A DNA stretch of 64,000 nt from Candidatus Omnitrophota bacterium (GTDB lineage: Bacteria; Omnitrophota; Gorgyraeia; Gygaellales; Profunditerraquicolaceae): contig JAZDMX010000023.1 in NCBI GenBank assembly GCA_043800555.1, forward strand, positions 9,101-73,100, written 5' to 3'. This document shows positions 28,836-37,345 of this stretch, one piece after another. A program made the position numbers and the translations under genes. Every line of letters begins with the position of its first letter. Positions within the stretch are counted from its first letter, which is position 1. The notes beneath the pieces were generated by a model that was not told the DNA's origin, made no database searches, and saw nothing but the letters and a program-made list of their open reading frames with translations.

Positions 28836-30395
28836 ATGTTACACTTGGCCTTCATCTTCCATATGCACCAACCCTATTACAAAGACCTGCTTACCGGCCA
28901 GGCGGACCTTCCCTGGGTCAGGCTTCACGGGGTAAAAGACTACCTCGATATGGTGCAGATACTGGAGAAATTCCCGAAAATCCATCAAACTTTCAATATT
29001 GTCCCGTCCTTATTTGAACAAATCGAGAATTACGCCGACGGCTCCATAAAAGAAAGGTTCCTTGAGCTTTCATATAAAGAAGCTGACCACCTCTCCGGAA
29101 ACGATAAAAATTTCATCCTGAACAATTTCTTCTCCATCAATAAAGACAGGGTCATCTCCAACTTTCCCCGCTACTATGAATTGTATTTCAAGAAACAGAG
29201 GAAAGAAGAATTCAGCACCCAGGATTACCTTGACCTTCAGCTATGGTTTAATTTAGCCTGGATCGACCCGTCATTGCGGGCCAAATCCCCGGAACTAAAA
29301 GCAGTTATAGCCAAGGGAAGGTTTTACAGCCAAGAGGATAAGCGGCTTGTCCTGGACAAACAGCTAAGCATCCTGAAAGAAATACTCCCGGCATACAAAA
29401 GGTTTTGCGGCTCCGTTCAGGGCGAGCTAAGCGTAACGCCTTATTATCACCCTATACTGCCGCTATTGTGCAGTTCAAATAGCGCCAAGGAGGCAAACAG
29501 GCAAAGCCTTTTGCCCAACAAGGAATTCCGGTACCCTCAAGACGCCAAGGCCCAAATTGACGGCGCTGTAAATTTCTACCGGGAGAGATTCGGGTCTATC
29601 CCCAACGGCATGTGGCCGTCGGAAGAATCGGTAAGCGAGAGCATCCTTCCCTTTATAATCGATTCGGGCATAAAATGGATAGTCGCGGATGAAGCCATAC
29701 TCTTTAAATCCCTGAAATCAAAGGAGAGGGCCACTAAATTGCTCTACCAGCCGCATTCATTGAAAAGAAAGCAGGGGAGCCTCAATATTGTCTTCCGCGA
29801 CCGCAATCTTTCGGATTTAATCGGATTTGTTTATCATTCCTGGAAGGCCCGGAATGCGGTGGAAGATTTTATGCGGCATTTGGGCAATATAAATAAAACC
29901 TTTGAGAACCAGGACATCCTGGTAACCATAGCCATGGACGGAGAAAACGCCTGGGAATATTACGCCAATGACGGCCATGACTTCCTGGAGCTGCTTTATC
30001 AAAGCCTTAGCGAATCCGATTTCATAAAAGTTACAACGGTATCGCAATACCTGGAGAAACATGCGGTTAGATCCGAAATAAGGCATTTGAGCGCCGGTTC
30101 CTGGATATACGGTAATTTTAACAAATGGATGGGTAATTTCTATAAGGCCAAGGCCTGGGATTGGCTGCTTTGCGCCCGGGCCCAGCTGGATAAAGCAATG
30201 CCCGGCTTATCAGAGCAGGACAAACAGCTTGCCTTAAAACAAATTTATGTTTTGGAGGGCAGCGATTGGTTCTGGTGGTACGGCGAAGATCCCGATGGCT
30301 CCTTTGACAGGTTATTCCGCCTGCATCTACGCAACTTCTACTCAATAATAAAAGTTCCGGCCCCGGATTATTTGTTAAACCCTCTAAGTGCTTGA
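28836..30395 (+). CDS. Glycoside hydrolase family 57 (amylopullulanase-like)
   Basis: HMHQPYY, PWVRLH..KDY, TPYYHPILPLL, WPSE, MDGENAWEYY, EGSDWFWW. Confidence 0.92.
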   Translation: MLHLAFIFHMHQPYYKDLLTGQADLPWVRLHGVKDYLDMVQILEKFPKIHQTFNIVPSLFEQIENYADGSIKERFLELSYKEADHLSGNDKNFILNNFFSINKDRVISNFPRYYELYFKKQRKEEFSTQDYLDLQLWFNLAWIDPSLRAKSPELKAVIAKGRFYSQEDKRLVLDKQLSILKEILPAYKRFCGSVQGELSVTPYYHPILPLLCSSNSAKEANRQSLLPNKEFRYPQDAKAQIDGAVNFYRERFGSIPNGMWPSEESVSESILPFIIDSGIKWIVADEAILFKSLKSKERATKLLYQPHSLKRKQGSLNIVFRDRNLSDLIGFVYHSWKARNAVEDFMRHLGNINKTFENQDILVTIAMDGENAWEYYANDGHDFLELLYQSLSESDFIKVTTVSQYLEKHAVRSEIRHLSAGSWIYGNFNKWMGNFYKAKAWDWLLCARAQLDKAMPGLSEQDKQLALKQIYVLEGSDWFWWYGEDPDGSFDRLFRLHLRNFYSIIKVPAPDYLLNPLSA

Positions 30396-30420
30396 CATCT
30401 AATGAGTTTTATGTTATAAA
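30392..30420 (+). promoter_or_regulatory. sigma70-like promoter
   Basis: TTGACA, 17 nt, TATAAA with TG extended -10, upstream of ATG 30434. Confidence 0.55.
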
Positions 30421-30433
30421 TGTTCAAGTTGAA

Positions 30434-31000
30434 ATGGATAAAAAAGACATATACGAACACTTAGCAAAGATCTACCTTGATGCTTCTTCGAAGAAGAAAA
30501 AAAGAAATAAGGCTTATCCAAAACTTTTCAAGAATCTTTTTATCGTAAGCATATTCCTAATGGCCGGCCTATCTACAACTTTATTATCTTCGGCGTTTAA
30601 GAAGCAAAATTTGAATTCCGAGACCGCTTTAGTCCTTCAAAACGGGCACGCGAAGATTAATTTTAATTTCAACCCCGCGAAAAAAGAATCCTATACCCTT
30701 GAGCTTAACCGCCTGAACCTGGCCCGCTTTAAAATGCTGGCTTTCTCCGTAAGAAGTATGGGCCCTAAGGACAAAATAACCCTGCGGGTTGAATTTACAA
30801 ACTCCTTCAAAGAAAAATCCGAGATTTATTTAAGGGGCCTGCCTTCCAACTGGCAGGATTTTAGGATCAATCTATCCGAATTCAAGAATATAAGCGACTG
30901 GTCGGAAATAGACAGCCTTTCTTTTTGCGTGGAAGAATGGAACGTATCCGGGAGTAAGGGGCTGATTTTCATCGATAATGTCCGGCTCCTTAAGACCTGA
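30434..31000 (+). CDS. Membrane-anchored protein with CBM11/CIA30-like beta-sandwich domain
   Basis: TM helix, then ...LAFSVR...RVEF...WQDFRINLSEF...WSEIDSLSF...GLIFIDNVRL. Confidence 0.6.
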   Translation: MDKKDIYEHLAKIYLDASSKKKKRNKAYPKLFKNLFIVSIFLMAGLSTTLLSSAFKKQNLNSETALVLQNGHAKINFNFNPAKKESYTLELNRLNLARFKMLAFSVRSMGPKDKITLRVEFTNSFKEKSEIYLRGLPSNWQDFRINLSEFKNISDWSEIDSLSFCVEEWNVSGSKGLIFIDNVRLLKT

Positions 31001-31061
31001 AACGCCTGGGCCAGGCATGCATAAGCTATCCTGAGTTGACGAAACAAAAGGAGGAAATATA

Positions 31062-32195
31062 ATGCGCATAATAGCCATCACTAACCAAAAGGGGGGTTGC
31101 GGCAAAACGACAACCTCGGTTAATTTAGCCGCTTCTTTGGCTACTAACGGTAAAAAAGTGCTGCTAATAGATATTGACCCGCAAGCGCACGCGACACTTG
31201 GATTAAATATCAAATCCTCGCTTAGTATTTATAATGTTTTGTCAAAGACCGCGCATCAAAAGGCGAAAATCGAAGATATCATCCAAAACATAAGCCCGGA
31301 TTTCGACATAGCGCCGTCCAGCATCATTTTGAGCACCCTTGAACAGGAGTTGGCCGGCGAAATAGGCAGGGAATCCCGGCTCTGGGACACCTTAAACAAT
31401 TTTAAAGGCCTTTACGATTATATACTGATAGATTGCCCTCCAAATTTAGGCATTCTGACCATAAACGCTATCCGGGCAGCCAATGAAATAATTATCCCGG
31501 TAGAAGCCAGCAGGTTCTCCCTGGAAGGCATGGGCCAGCTCATAAGCATAGTAAGTTTGGTCCGTGACCGCTTAAACCACGCTGTAAGCGTCAAAATACT
31601 GGTTACTAATTTCGATTCCCGCCTGGCGCATTCTTTCAAAATGCTTTTGAAGATCAAATCCGATTTTAATAATAAACTATTCTCCACCATTATCCACGTG
31701 AACGTAAGGTTAAAAGAAGCCCAGAACCAGGGAACCCACATATTCAATTTCGACAAGTATTCCCGCGGGGCAAAAGACTATTACAGCCTCTCAAGGGAAA
31801 TCATCACTCAAGAAGAACCCGGGGCTAATGCTGCCATCAAGGCGGAGAGCGCGCCCAAAGCGGCGGTTAAGCCGATCGTAAGCCTGGAAAAGAAAATGAA
31901 CGAGATACTTAAAGCAGAACTTCCGAAACTTACCGAAGTAATGTTCTCGGTTGTTGCGCCCGAAGCTAAAGAGGTTTACGTTACCGGAGAATTCAATAAC
32001 TGGAAACTGGAAGCGTCCGGCCGCATGCTCAAGAATAACGGGACCTGGAGCAAAAAACTAAACCTGACCAGCGGGAAATACCGCTACCGCTTTGTTATTG
32101 ACGGAAATTGGACGGAAGACTCATCCAACCCCTTAAAAGAAAAGAACCCCTACGGCTCGATTGATTCCCTGATCGAAATCGGAAAGAAACAATAA
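31062..32195 (+). CDS. ParA/Soj-family ATPase fused to an AMPK-beta/CBM48-like glycogen-binding domain
   Basis: NQKGGCGKTTT, DIDPQAH, IDCPPNLG; C-terminal APEAKEVYVTGEFNNW...GKYRYRFVIDGNWTED..NP. Confidence 0.88.
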   Translation: MRIIAITNQKGGCGKTTTSVNLAASLATNGKKVLLIDIDPQAHATLGLNIKSSLSIYNVLSKTAHQKAKIEDIIQNISPDFDIAPSSIILSTLEQELAGEIGRESRLWDTLNNFKGLYDYILIDCPPNLGILTINAIRAANEIIIPVEASRFSLEGMGQLISIVSLVRDRLNHAVSVKILVTNFDSRLAHSFKMLLKIKSDFNNKLFSTIIHVNVRLKEAQNQGTHIFNFDKYSRGAKDYYSLSREIITQEEPGANAAIKAESAPKAAVKPIVSLEKKMNEILKAELPKLTEVMFSVVAPEAKEVYVTGEFNNWKLEASGRMLKNNGTWSKKLNLTSGKYRYRFVIDGNWTEDSSNPLKEKNPYGSIDSLIEIGKKQ

Positions 32196-32200
32196 GGGAG

Positions 32201-32614
32201 GTGCGTATGATTAAGAAAAAACCGGCAAAAAAGAAAATAATAAAGAAGGCAACAAAAAAGGCGGGCGTCAAGAAGCCTGCCAGGAAAATCGCCCCCAAGA
32301 AGAAAAAAACAGTTGGCAAGGTTAAAAAGGCGGGCGTCAAGATTAAAAAAACCAAAGAAAATTTAATTGGCGCCATAACGCATTATTTCCCGCACGTGCA
32401 GGCAGCAGTAATAAAATTAGAGTCCCCCTTATCAGCCGGGGAAACGATTAAGGTCAAGGGCCACACAACGGATTTTACGCAAAATATTACCTCTATGCAA
32501 ATTGACCATGTCAGCGTAAATTCAGCTAAAACCGGGCAAGAAATCGGCCTGCTGGTCACTTCCCGGGTAAGGCAAGGAGACCTAGTTTATAAAGTTAAAC
32601 AAAAAGGAGGCTAA
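32201..32614 (+). CDS. Translation elongation factor-like small beta-barrel protein with Lys-rich N-terminus
   Basis: IGAITHYF...GETIKVKGHTTDFTQ...SMQIDH...GQEIGL...RVRQGD. Confidence 0.7.
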   Translation: MRMIKKKPAKKKIIKKATKKAGVKKPARKIAPKKKKTVGKVKKAGVKIKKTKENLIGAITHYFPHVQAAVIKLESPLSAGETIKVKGHTTDFTQNITSMQIDHVSVNSAKTGQEIGLLVTSRVRQGDLVYKVKQKGG

Positions 32615-32615
32615 A

Positions 32616-32795
32616 GTGAGGCTTTCGGAAGTAGAAAAAAGAGCAAAGGCTTTAGGGATCAAAGATACCTGGAGGCTTTCTAAGAAAGAACTGATCAAGA
32701 CGATCCAGCAGGTTGAAGGGAATAACCAATGTTTCGGGACCATTCGCGCCTGCAGCCAATTAATCTGCTGCTGGAGGGGAGACTGCATAAGATGA
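32616..32795 (+). CDS. Small Rho_N/SAP-like protein with Cys-rich C-terminus (not in ORF track)
   Basis: GTG after AGGAGG; MRLSEVEKRAKALGIKDTWRLSKKELIKTIQQVEGNNQCFGTIRACSQLICCWRGDCIR. Confidence 0.75.
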   Translation: MRLSEVEKRAKALGIKDTWRLSKKELIKTIQQVEGNNQCFGTIRACSQLICCWRGDCIR

Positions 32796-32977
32796 AATAC
32801 CGCTGCCAAGTCTGTAACCGCGATATCGATGAATTTGCCAGCCTTGCCCATATTAAAGCAGAGGAATATTTATTAGAACTAATCAGGCGCGACCATCCTG
32901 AATGGCACGAGAACAAGAAAACCTGCCACAAATGCGTCGAATATTACCGCAAATTAGTAAAAGAAAACGAGGTCTGA
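32792..32977 (+). CDS. Small Zn-finger-like protein
   Basis: ATGA-coupled start; MKYRCQVC...HPEW...CHKC. Confidence 0.65.
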   Translation: MKYRCQVCNRDIDEFASLAHIKAEEYLLELIRRDHPEWHENKKTCHKCVEYYRKLVKENEV

Positions 32978-33074
32978 TTTAAGGGGGGCGCATAGGAGCG
33001 CCCCCTAAAAATATAACATTTTTGAGTACATACCCATAATAAATACGGCGTTAAAACCCGGTAAGTTCAAGTAA

Positions 33075-33413
33075 ATGCAACCTCGAGGAAGGCCTAAAAA
33101 ATACAGGATAGTGCACCTTGACCCTAAGATAAGCCAATTCAGCCCCCGGGGCAAACCCGGCAGGCCGAATGAAATAGACCTTAGCCTAGACCAGTTTGAA
33201 GCCATAAGGCTGGCTGATTATATGGGATTACCTCAAAAAGAAGCAGCCAAGTCAATGCGCATATCCCAACAGACCTTTAGCCGGATACTAAAAAAGGCGC
33301 GGAGAGGCTTAGCTAACGCTTTAGTCAAAGGCAACGCCATAAAGATACAAGGCGGAAACTACATAATCACTTCCCGCGAAGATCATGCTCCGACAAAGGG
33401 CCAAAACAGCTAA
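33075..33413 (+). CDS. DUF134 family DNA-binding protein
   Basis: RGRPKKYR...F.P.G...EAIRLADY.GL.Q.EAA.SM.ISQQTFSRIL..AR. Confidence 0.85.
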   Translation: MQPRGRPKKYRIVHLDPKISQFSPRGKPGRPNEIDLSLDQFEAIRLADYMGLPQKEAAKSMRISQQTFSRILKKARRGLANALVKGNAIKIQGGNYIITSREDHAPTKGQNS

Positions 33414-33484
33414 AAGGCCCGCAATAAAACCCGCCAAAAAACCTTCATTTTACCGCTTTTTACCTACTTTTACCTTTGTGCTCA

Positions 33485-33512
33485 ACTTCCTATAATATAT
33501 CTTATGTTAACT
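33485..33512. other. dif site (XerCD chromosome dimer resolution), probable replication terminus
   Basis: ACTTCCTATAA-TATATC-TTATGTTAACT: 11-6-11 layout with XerD-type arm TTATGTTAA; located at the + to - gene-orientation switch. Confidence 0.85.
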
Positions 33513-33687
33513 TGAGCATATTGCCTAAGTCAACTTAACCTCTTGTTAAATAAGGAGTTACGTTACCCTGGTATTTACCTGTGGAAAAGCAATTTTTTAG
33601 TTACTTAAACTTACCGCTTTCTTTTAAGGTTGACATTTACGGATGGATTCCTGAAGGAATTTACCGGGATTTTTTGCCTCTAATCGC

Positions 33688-34811
33688 CTATTTCATTCTC
33701 CGGGTTAAAATTACCTGGGCGGGAAAAATCGAATTATCTCCCAAGCGGCCATTGATCTTATCCAGCGCCTTAACCAAAGCCTCTCTGCGCCTTTGTTCGG
33801 GTAATAAAGGCAGGTAACTTTGCCACTCTAAACTGCTGGCAGTTACTCCCAGGGCCCTGATTTTTGGCCTTTTCCGGGCCTCCTGGGCCATTAATTTAAG
33901 GGCTCTCAAGTATATTTCATAGCTATCATTGGTAGCCATTGAAAAGGTTTTTTGGGCCAGAAAATCGCCTTTATCCGGCATATTCAGCCAGATATGGGTT
34001 GTCCGGGAGGCAAGCTCGTTCTGCCTTAAACGCTCGCCAACCATTTCAGATAATACCCTGATCCAGGCGTTGATAAACCGGGGGTTTTCCAAAGCTTTCG
34101 GCAAGGTGTAGGAATGGCTTATTGACTTAGGCCGTTCGCCGCTTTCCCGGTTTCCTTAAACTTACCGGAATTTTCATTAACCCCTGCTGCGCCAAAGAAT
34201 CCCGGTAAGTTCAGGTATAAATCCCAGCAGCTTCTTAACCCCTGGCGCATTAAAATCTGCCCGGTTTTGCCTGCCATGCCACAAGCCTTGGTAAGCGGAG
34301 TTAAAGCCAGGACATCCTTAAGGTTGGAATCGTCTATCCGGGTAACTCCGTCAGGCTTATTGACCTTAGAAGCCAGCTTGGCAAGAAGTTGGTTTTCGGC
34401 TATGCCAACTGAAGCGGTAATGTTAAAGTTTGCATATATCTGCTCCCGGATCTGTTTAGCTAATTTAAGCGGTTGGGGGTAATCCCGGATATCCAGCTGG
34501 AATTCATCAATTGAAACGTAATTCAGCGGGAACCCGAAACCTTTAAGCAGCTCAAGGATTTGCCCGGAAGTCCAGATATACTTGGCCTGGCTTGCCGGCA
34601 CAAACTCTAAATTTGGGCAGATGTTAAAGGCGTCTTTTGAGAGCATCCCGGAATGTATTCCCAGGCGCTTAGCTTCATAGCTGGCGGCGCAAACCACGGT
34701 GCGCGTTTTATTGGCGCGCGAGCCCACAATCAAAGGCTTGCCTTTAAGGCGCGGGTTTATGGCCTGCTCAATTGAAGCAAAAAACGCGTCCATATCGATG
34801 TGCAGGATCAT
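33688..34811 (-). pseudogene. dinB: Y-family DNA polymerase IV (DinB/UmuC-like), frameshifted near 34130-34160
   Basis: HIDMDAFFAS, AASYEAK, SIDEF, KLASKVNKPDG in frame 1; PKSISHSYTLP linker and little-finger domain continue in the -1 frame. Confidence 0.8.
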
Positions 34812-34846
34812 ACGGGGATAAAAGCCATAAGCCAGGGGTTAAAGCA

Positions 34847-35155
34847 TCAGGTAATTATCTTGTCTATCTGCCAACGGAAGGTGGAATTATTGAATGATAT
34901 CTGGTAAAGCTGGCCGGCGCTAATCACGGAGAAATAATTAATCCGGGCCTGGCCCAGCCGCTCCTGCCAATTGTAGGTTATGGTCTCTATGCCATATTCT
35001 TTATTATTCCAAAGAAAAGTTTTAGGGTAAATCCTGGTATTCTTAAAATAAGCCAGGACTTCGATGCGCTCGCCTAAATCATCCGGGTCAAACCCGGATT
35101 TATCCGGCTCAAATTTGTCCCATCGCGCATTAGGATTAAAGCTATTTTGCCCCAT
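34847..35155 (-). CDS. Small hypothetical protein (DUF6504-like) in SOS cassette
   Basis: Between lexA and dinB; P..F.W.....I..I...W.E.......YFSV......YQI.F.....W pattern. Confidence 0.65.
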   Translation of the reverse strand: MGQNSFNPNARWDKFEPDKSGFDPDDLGERIEVLAYFKNTRIYPKTFLWNNKEYGIETITYNWQERLGQARINYFSVISAGQLYQISFNNSTFRWQIDKIIT

Positions 35156-35217
35156 ATCTTTCTGCCTTTGCTTTTTCCCGCATACTATATAATAAATATA
35201 CTAATACACTATAAGCC

Positions 35218-35829
35218 TTAATATTTCCTGATTACCGTCATCAGCTTCCCGATTACCTTGAATTCTTCAAAAATTGGCGGATAATCCGGGTTAGCCGCTT
35301 CCAAATGGTATTTATTGTTCTTACGCGCCAGCCTTTTTAAAGTAACTTCGTTATCATCCAAAAGCGCGGCCACAATCTCGTTATTTTCGGCATAGGGTTG
35401 TTTCTTAATAACCGCTACATCCCCATCAAGAATGCCGGCATCAACCATGCTATTGCCTTTGACCTTTAAGGCAAAAACGTCGTCAAAGCCTAAACGGCCC
35501 AGGAATAAATTATCCACATCCACATAACCTTGGATTTCTTCATAAGCCAGATTGGGCTTTCCGGCTAAAATTGACCCAAGAATAGGTATTTTATTGAAAC
35601 TGGCGCGTTCGGTTAATTCAATTGCCCGGGATTTGTTATTCATACGCCTGACCAATCCTTTCTGCTGTAAAGCCTTTAAATAGTCTCTTACTGTGCCGGT
35701 GGACTTGACCCCCAACTCCCCTGCTATCTCCCTGATCGTAGGAGGCAGCCCCTCCCCTATCCGTTTACGGATAAAATTGAGCGCCTTTTCCTGTTTGTGC
35801 GTTAAATACGGCTTCTTTTCCATAGCCAT
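35218..35829 (-). CDS. lexA: LexA repressor
   Basis: LTHKQ...PPTIREIA wHTH; Ala-Gly cleavage site ILAGKP; catalytic Ser (GNSM) and Lys (TLKR). Confidence 0.93.
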   Translation of the reverse strand: MAMEKKPYLTHKQEKALNFIRKRIGEGLPPTIREIAGELGVKSTGTVRDYLKALQQKGLVRRMNNKSRAIELTERASFNKIPILGSILAGKPNLAYEEIQGYVDVDNLFLGRLGFDDVFALKVKGNSMVDAGILDGDVAVIKKQPYAENNEIVAALLDDNEVTLKRLARKNNKYHLEAANPDYPPIFEEFKVIGKLMTVIRKY

Positions 35830-35835
35830 AGATAT

Positions 35836-35860
35836 ACCACACAAATGTGTGGTTTGTCAA
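35836..35860 (-). promoter_or_regulatory. lexA promoter with palindromic operator (candidate SOS box)
   Basis: ACCACACA-AA-TGTGTGGT (35836-35853) directly downstream of minus-strand TTGACA (35860-35855). Confidence 0.65.
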
Positions 35861-35878
35861 GAAAGAAAATGGAGGGGC

Positions 35879-35980
35879 GGGGAAATGGGGACGTTTCTAC
35901 TTTTCCGGCGTTAAGGGGAAATGGGGACGTTTCTACTTTTCCGGCGTTAGTCTCGAGAAAAGTAGAAACGTCCCCATTTC
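35879..35980. repeat. REP-like palindromic element, copy 4, with left arm tandemly duplicated
   Basis: GGGGAAATGGGGACGTTTCTACTTTTCCGGCGTTA twice (36-nt period), then GTCTCGAGAAAAGTAGAAACGTCCCCATTTC. Confidence 0.9.
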
Positions 35981-35984
35981 ATAA

Positions 35985-37247
35985 TCAAATTTGCGTTATT
36001 TCGCGGTTATTTAACAACCTCAAGGAAAGGATTTTCGGCAGGTTAACTTTGACCCTTATGCCTCTTTGCAAGTATTCGATTTGTTCGACTTTGCCCTGCC
36101 GGTAAAATAAATCCACAATGTCCATCCGGCCAAAAGGGACCAAAACCTCGGCACGGACCATCCGGGAATTAAAACATTCTTCTATCTTCTCAAATAAACC
36201 GCTGATATTTGTTTTGAGCTTAGCCGAAATTGCCACAGGGTTAGAAAAATCCCTTTTTAATTTCTCAAGCCACATTTTATCATCTAACAGGTCCACCTTG
36301 TTTAAAACAGTTATCGCCGGCTTATCCCTTATCCCCAGTTCTTCTAAAAGCTCAAACACGGCTTTGCCGTGTTCATATACCTGGGGGTGGCTTGCGTCTA
36401 AAACATGGATTAAAAGATCAGCCTGCACTACTTCTTCAAGGGTCGCCTTGAAGGCTTCGATAAGATGATGCGGAAGCTGGCGCAGGAAACCTACCGTGTC
36501 GGAAATAACCACATTCTCGCCATTAGGCAATTGCAGGTTTTTGGATAAAGGATCAAGGGTAGTGAATAAGGCCCCTGATACGGTTTGGCCGGCATTAGTC
36601 AAAGAATTCAAAAGCGTGGATTTACCGGCGCTGGTATAACCGACTAAAGCAACCAGGGGAATGGCATTATCTTTACGCCTCTTACGCATGACTACGCGCC
36701 GCAGCATTAAGCCTTTTAAATCCTCCTTCAGGCGGTCGATCCTTTTACGTATGGCCCTTCTATCCACCTCCAGCTTTTGTTCTCCCGGGCCGCGCGTTCC
36801 AATCCCGCCGCCTAAGCGCGAAAGGATAATCCCCTTGCCGATTAACCGGGGCAGGATATACTGCAGCTGGGCAAGCTCAACCTGTATTTTGCCTTCCGGG
36901 CTCTTTGCCCGGCGGGCGAATATATCCAGGATAAGCTGGGAGCGGTCAATAGTCTTTCTCCCTATTATCTCTTCCAGGTTCCGCTGCTGGGTCCCGGAAA
37001 GGTCGCGGCCAAAGATTACCGTATCGATATTTTCTTCTTCGGCAACCAAGCTTATCTCTTCAGCCTTGCCCTTGCCGATAAGAAGATTGGGCGTAGGCTG
37101 CTGGCAAACACAACTAATGCTATCTACGGCCTCTACCCCGCAAGCTGCAACCAGCTCTTCCAGTTCCTGCGCAAAATCATCAACCCTTAATTTCTCTATC
37201 CCGCGCTTAAACTGAATGGTAACCAACAAAGCTCTTTCCATATTCAC
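35985..37247 (-). CDS. hflX: GTPase HflX
   Basis: LILDIFARRA...QVELAQL, GGGIGTRGPGEQKLE, GYTSAGKS, DTVGF, NKVD. Confidence 0.95.
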   Translation of the reverse strand: MNMERALLVTIQFKRGIEKLRVDDFAQELEELVAACGVEAVDSISCVCQQPTPNLLIGKGKAEEISLVAEEENIDTVIFGRDLSGTQQRNLEEIIGRKTIDRSQLILDIFARRAKSPEGKIQVELAQLQYILPRLIGKGIILSRLGGGIGTRGPGEQKLEVDRRAIRKRIDRLKEDLKGLMLRRVVMRKRRKDNAIPLVALVGYTSAGKSTLLNSLTNAGQTVSGALFTTLDPLSKNLQLPNGENVVISDTVGFLRQLPHHLIEAFKATLEEVVQADLLIHVLDASHPQVYEHGKAVFELLEELGIRDKPAITVLNKVDLLDDKMWLEKLKRDFSNPVAISAKLKTNISGLFEKIEECFNSRMVRAEVLVPFGRMDIVDLFYRQGKVEQIEYLQRGIRVKVNLPKILSLRLLNNREITQI

Positions 37248-37251
37248 CTTT

Positions 37252-37320
37252 CAGGAAATGGGGACGTTTCTACTTTTCTAGAGTTATCTTAAAGAAAAGT
37301 AGAAACGTCCCCGTTTCCTG
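37252..37320. repeat. REP-like palindromic element, copy 5
   Basis: CAGGAAATGGGGACGTTTCTACTTTTCT...AGAAAAGTAGAAACGTCCCCGTTTCCTG. Confidence 0.9.
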
Positions 37321-37345
37321 CGTCCCCTTTTCTCCCCCATTTTCT

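Noticed and set aside
33581-33817. 78-aa + strand ORF near dif
   Set aside because: No recognisable motif; overlaps the dinB C-terminal part on the opposite strand.
33057-34217. 16/17-nt match CCCGGTAAGTTCA(A/G)GTA at 33057 and 34201 on either side of dif
   Set aside because: A single short match, one copy inside dinB coding sequence; cannot be separated from chance without statistics.
35879-35980. 36-nt-period direct repeat as a CRISPR array
   Set aside because: Only two adjacent units with no spacer and no cas genes; it is a duplicated arm of the REP-like element.
35845-36105. 86-aa ORF with repeated RGNGDVSTFPAL
   Set aside because: It is a translation of the duplicated palindromic repeat and is antisense to hflX.
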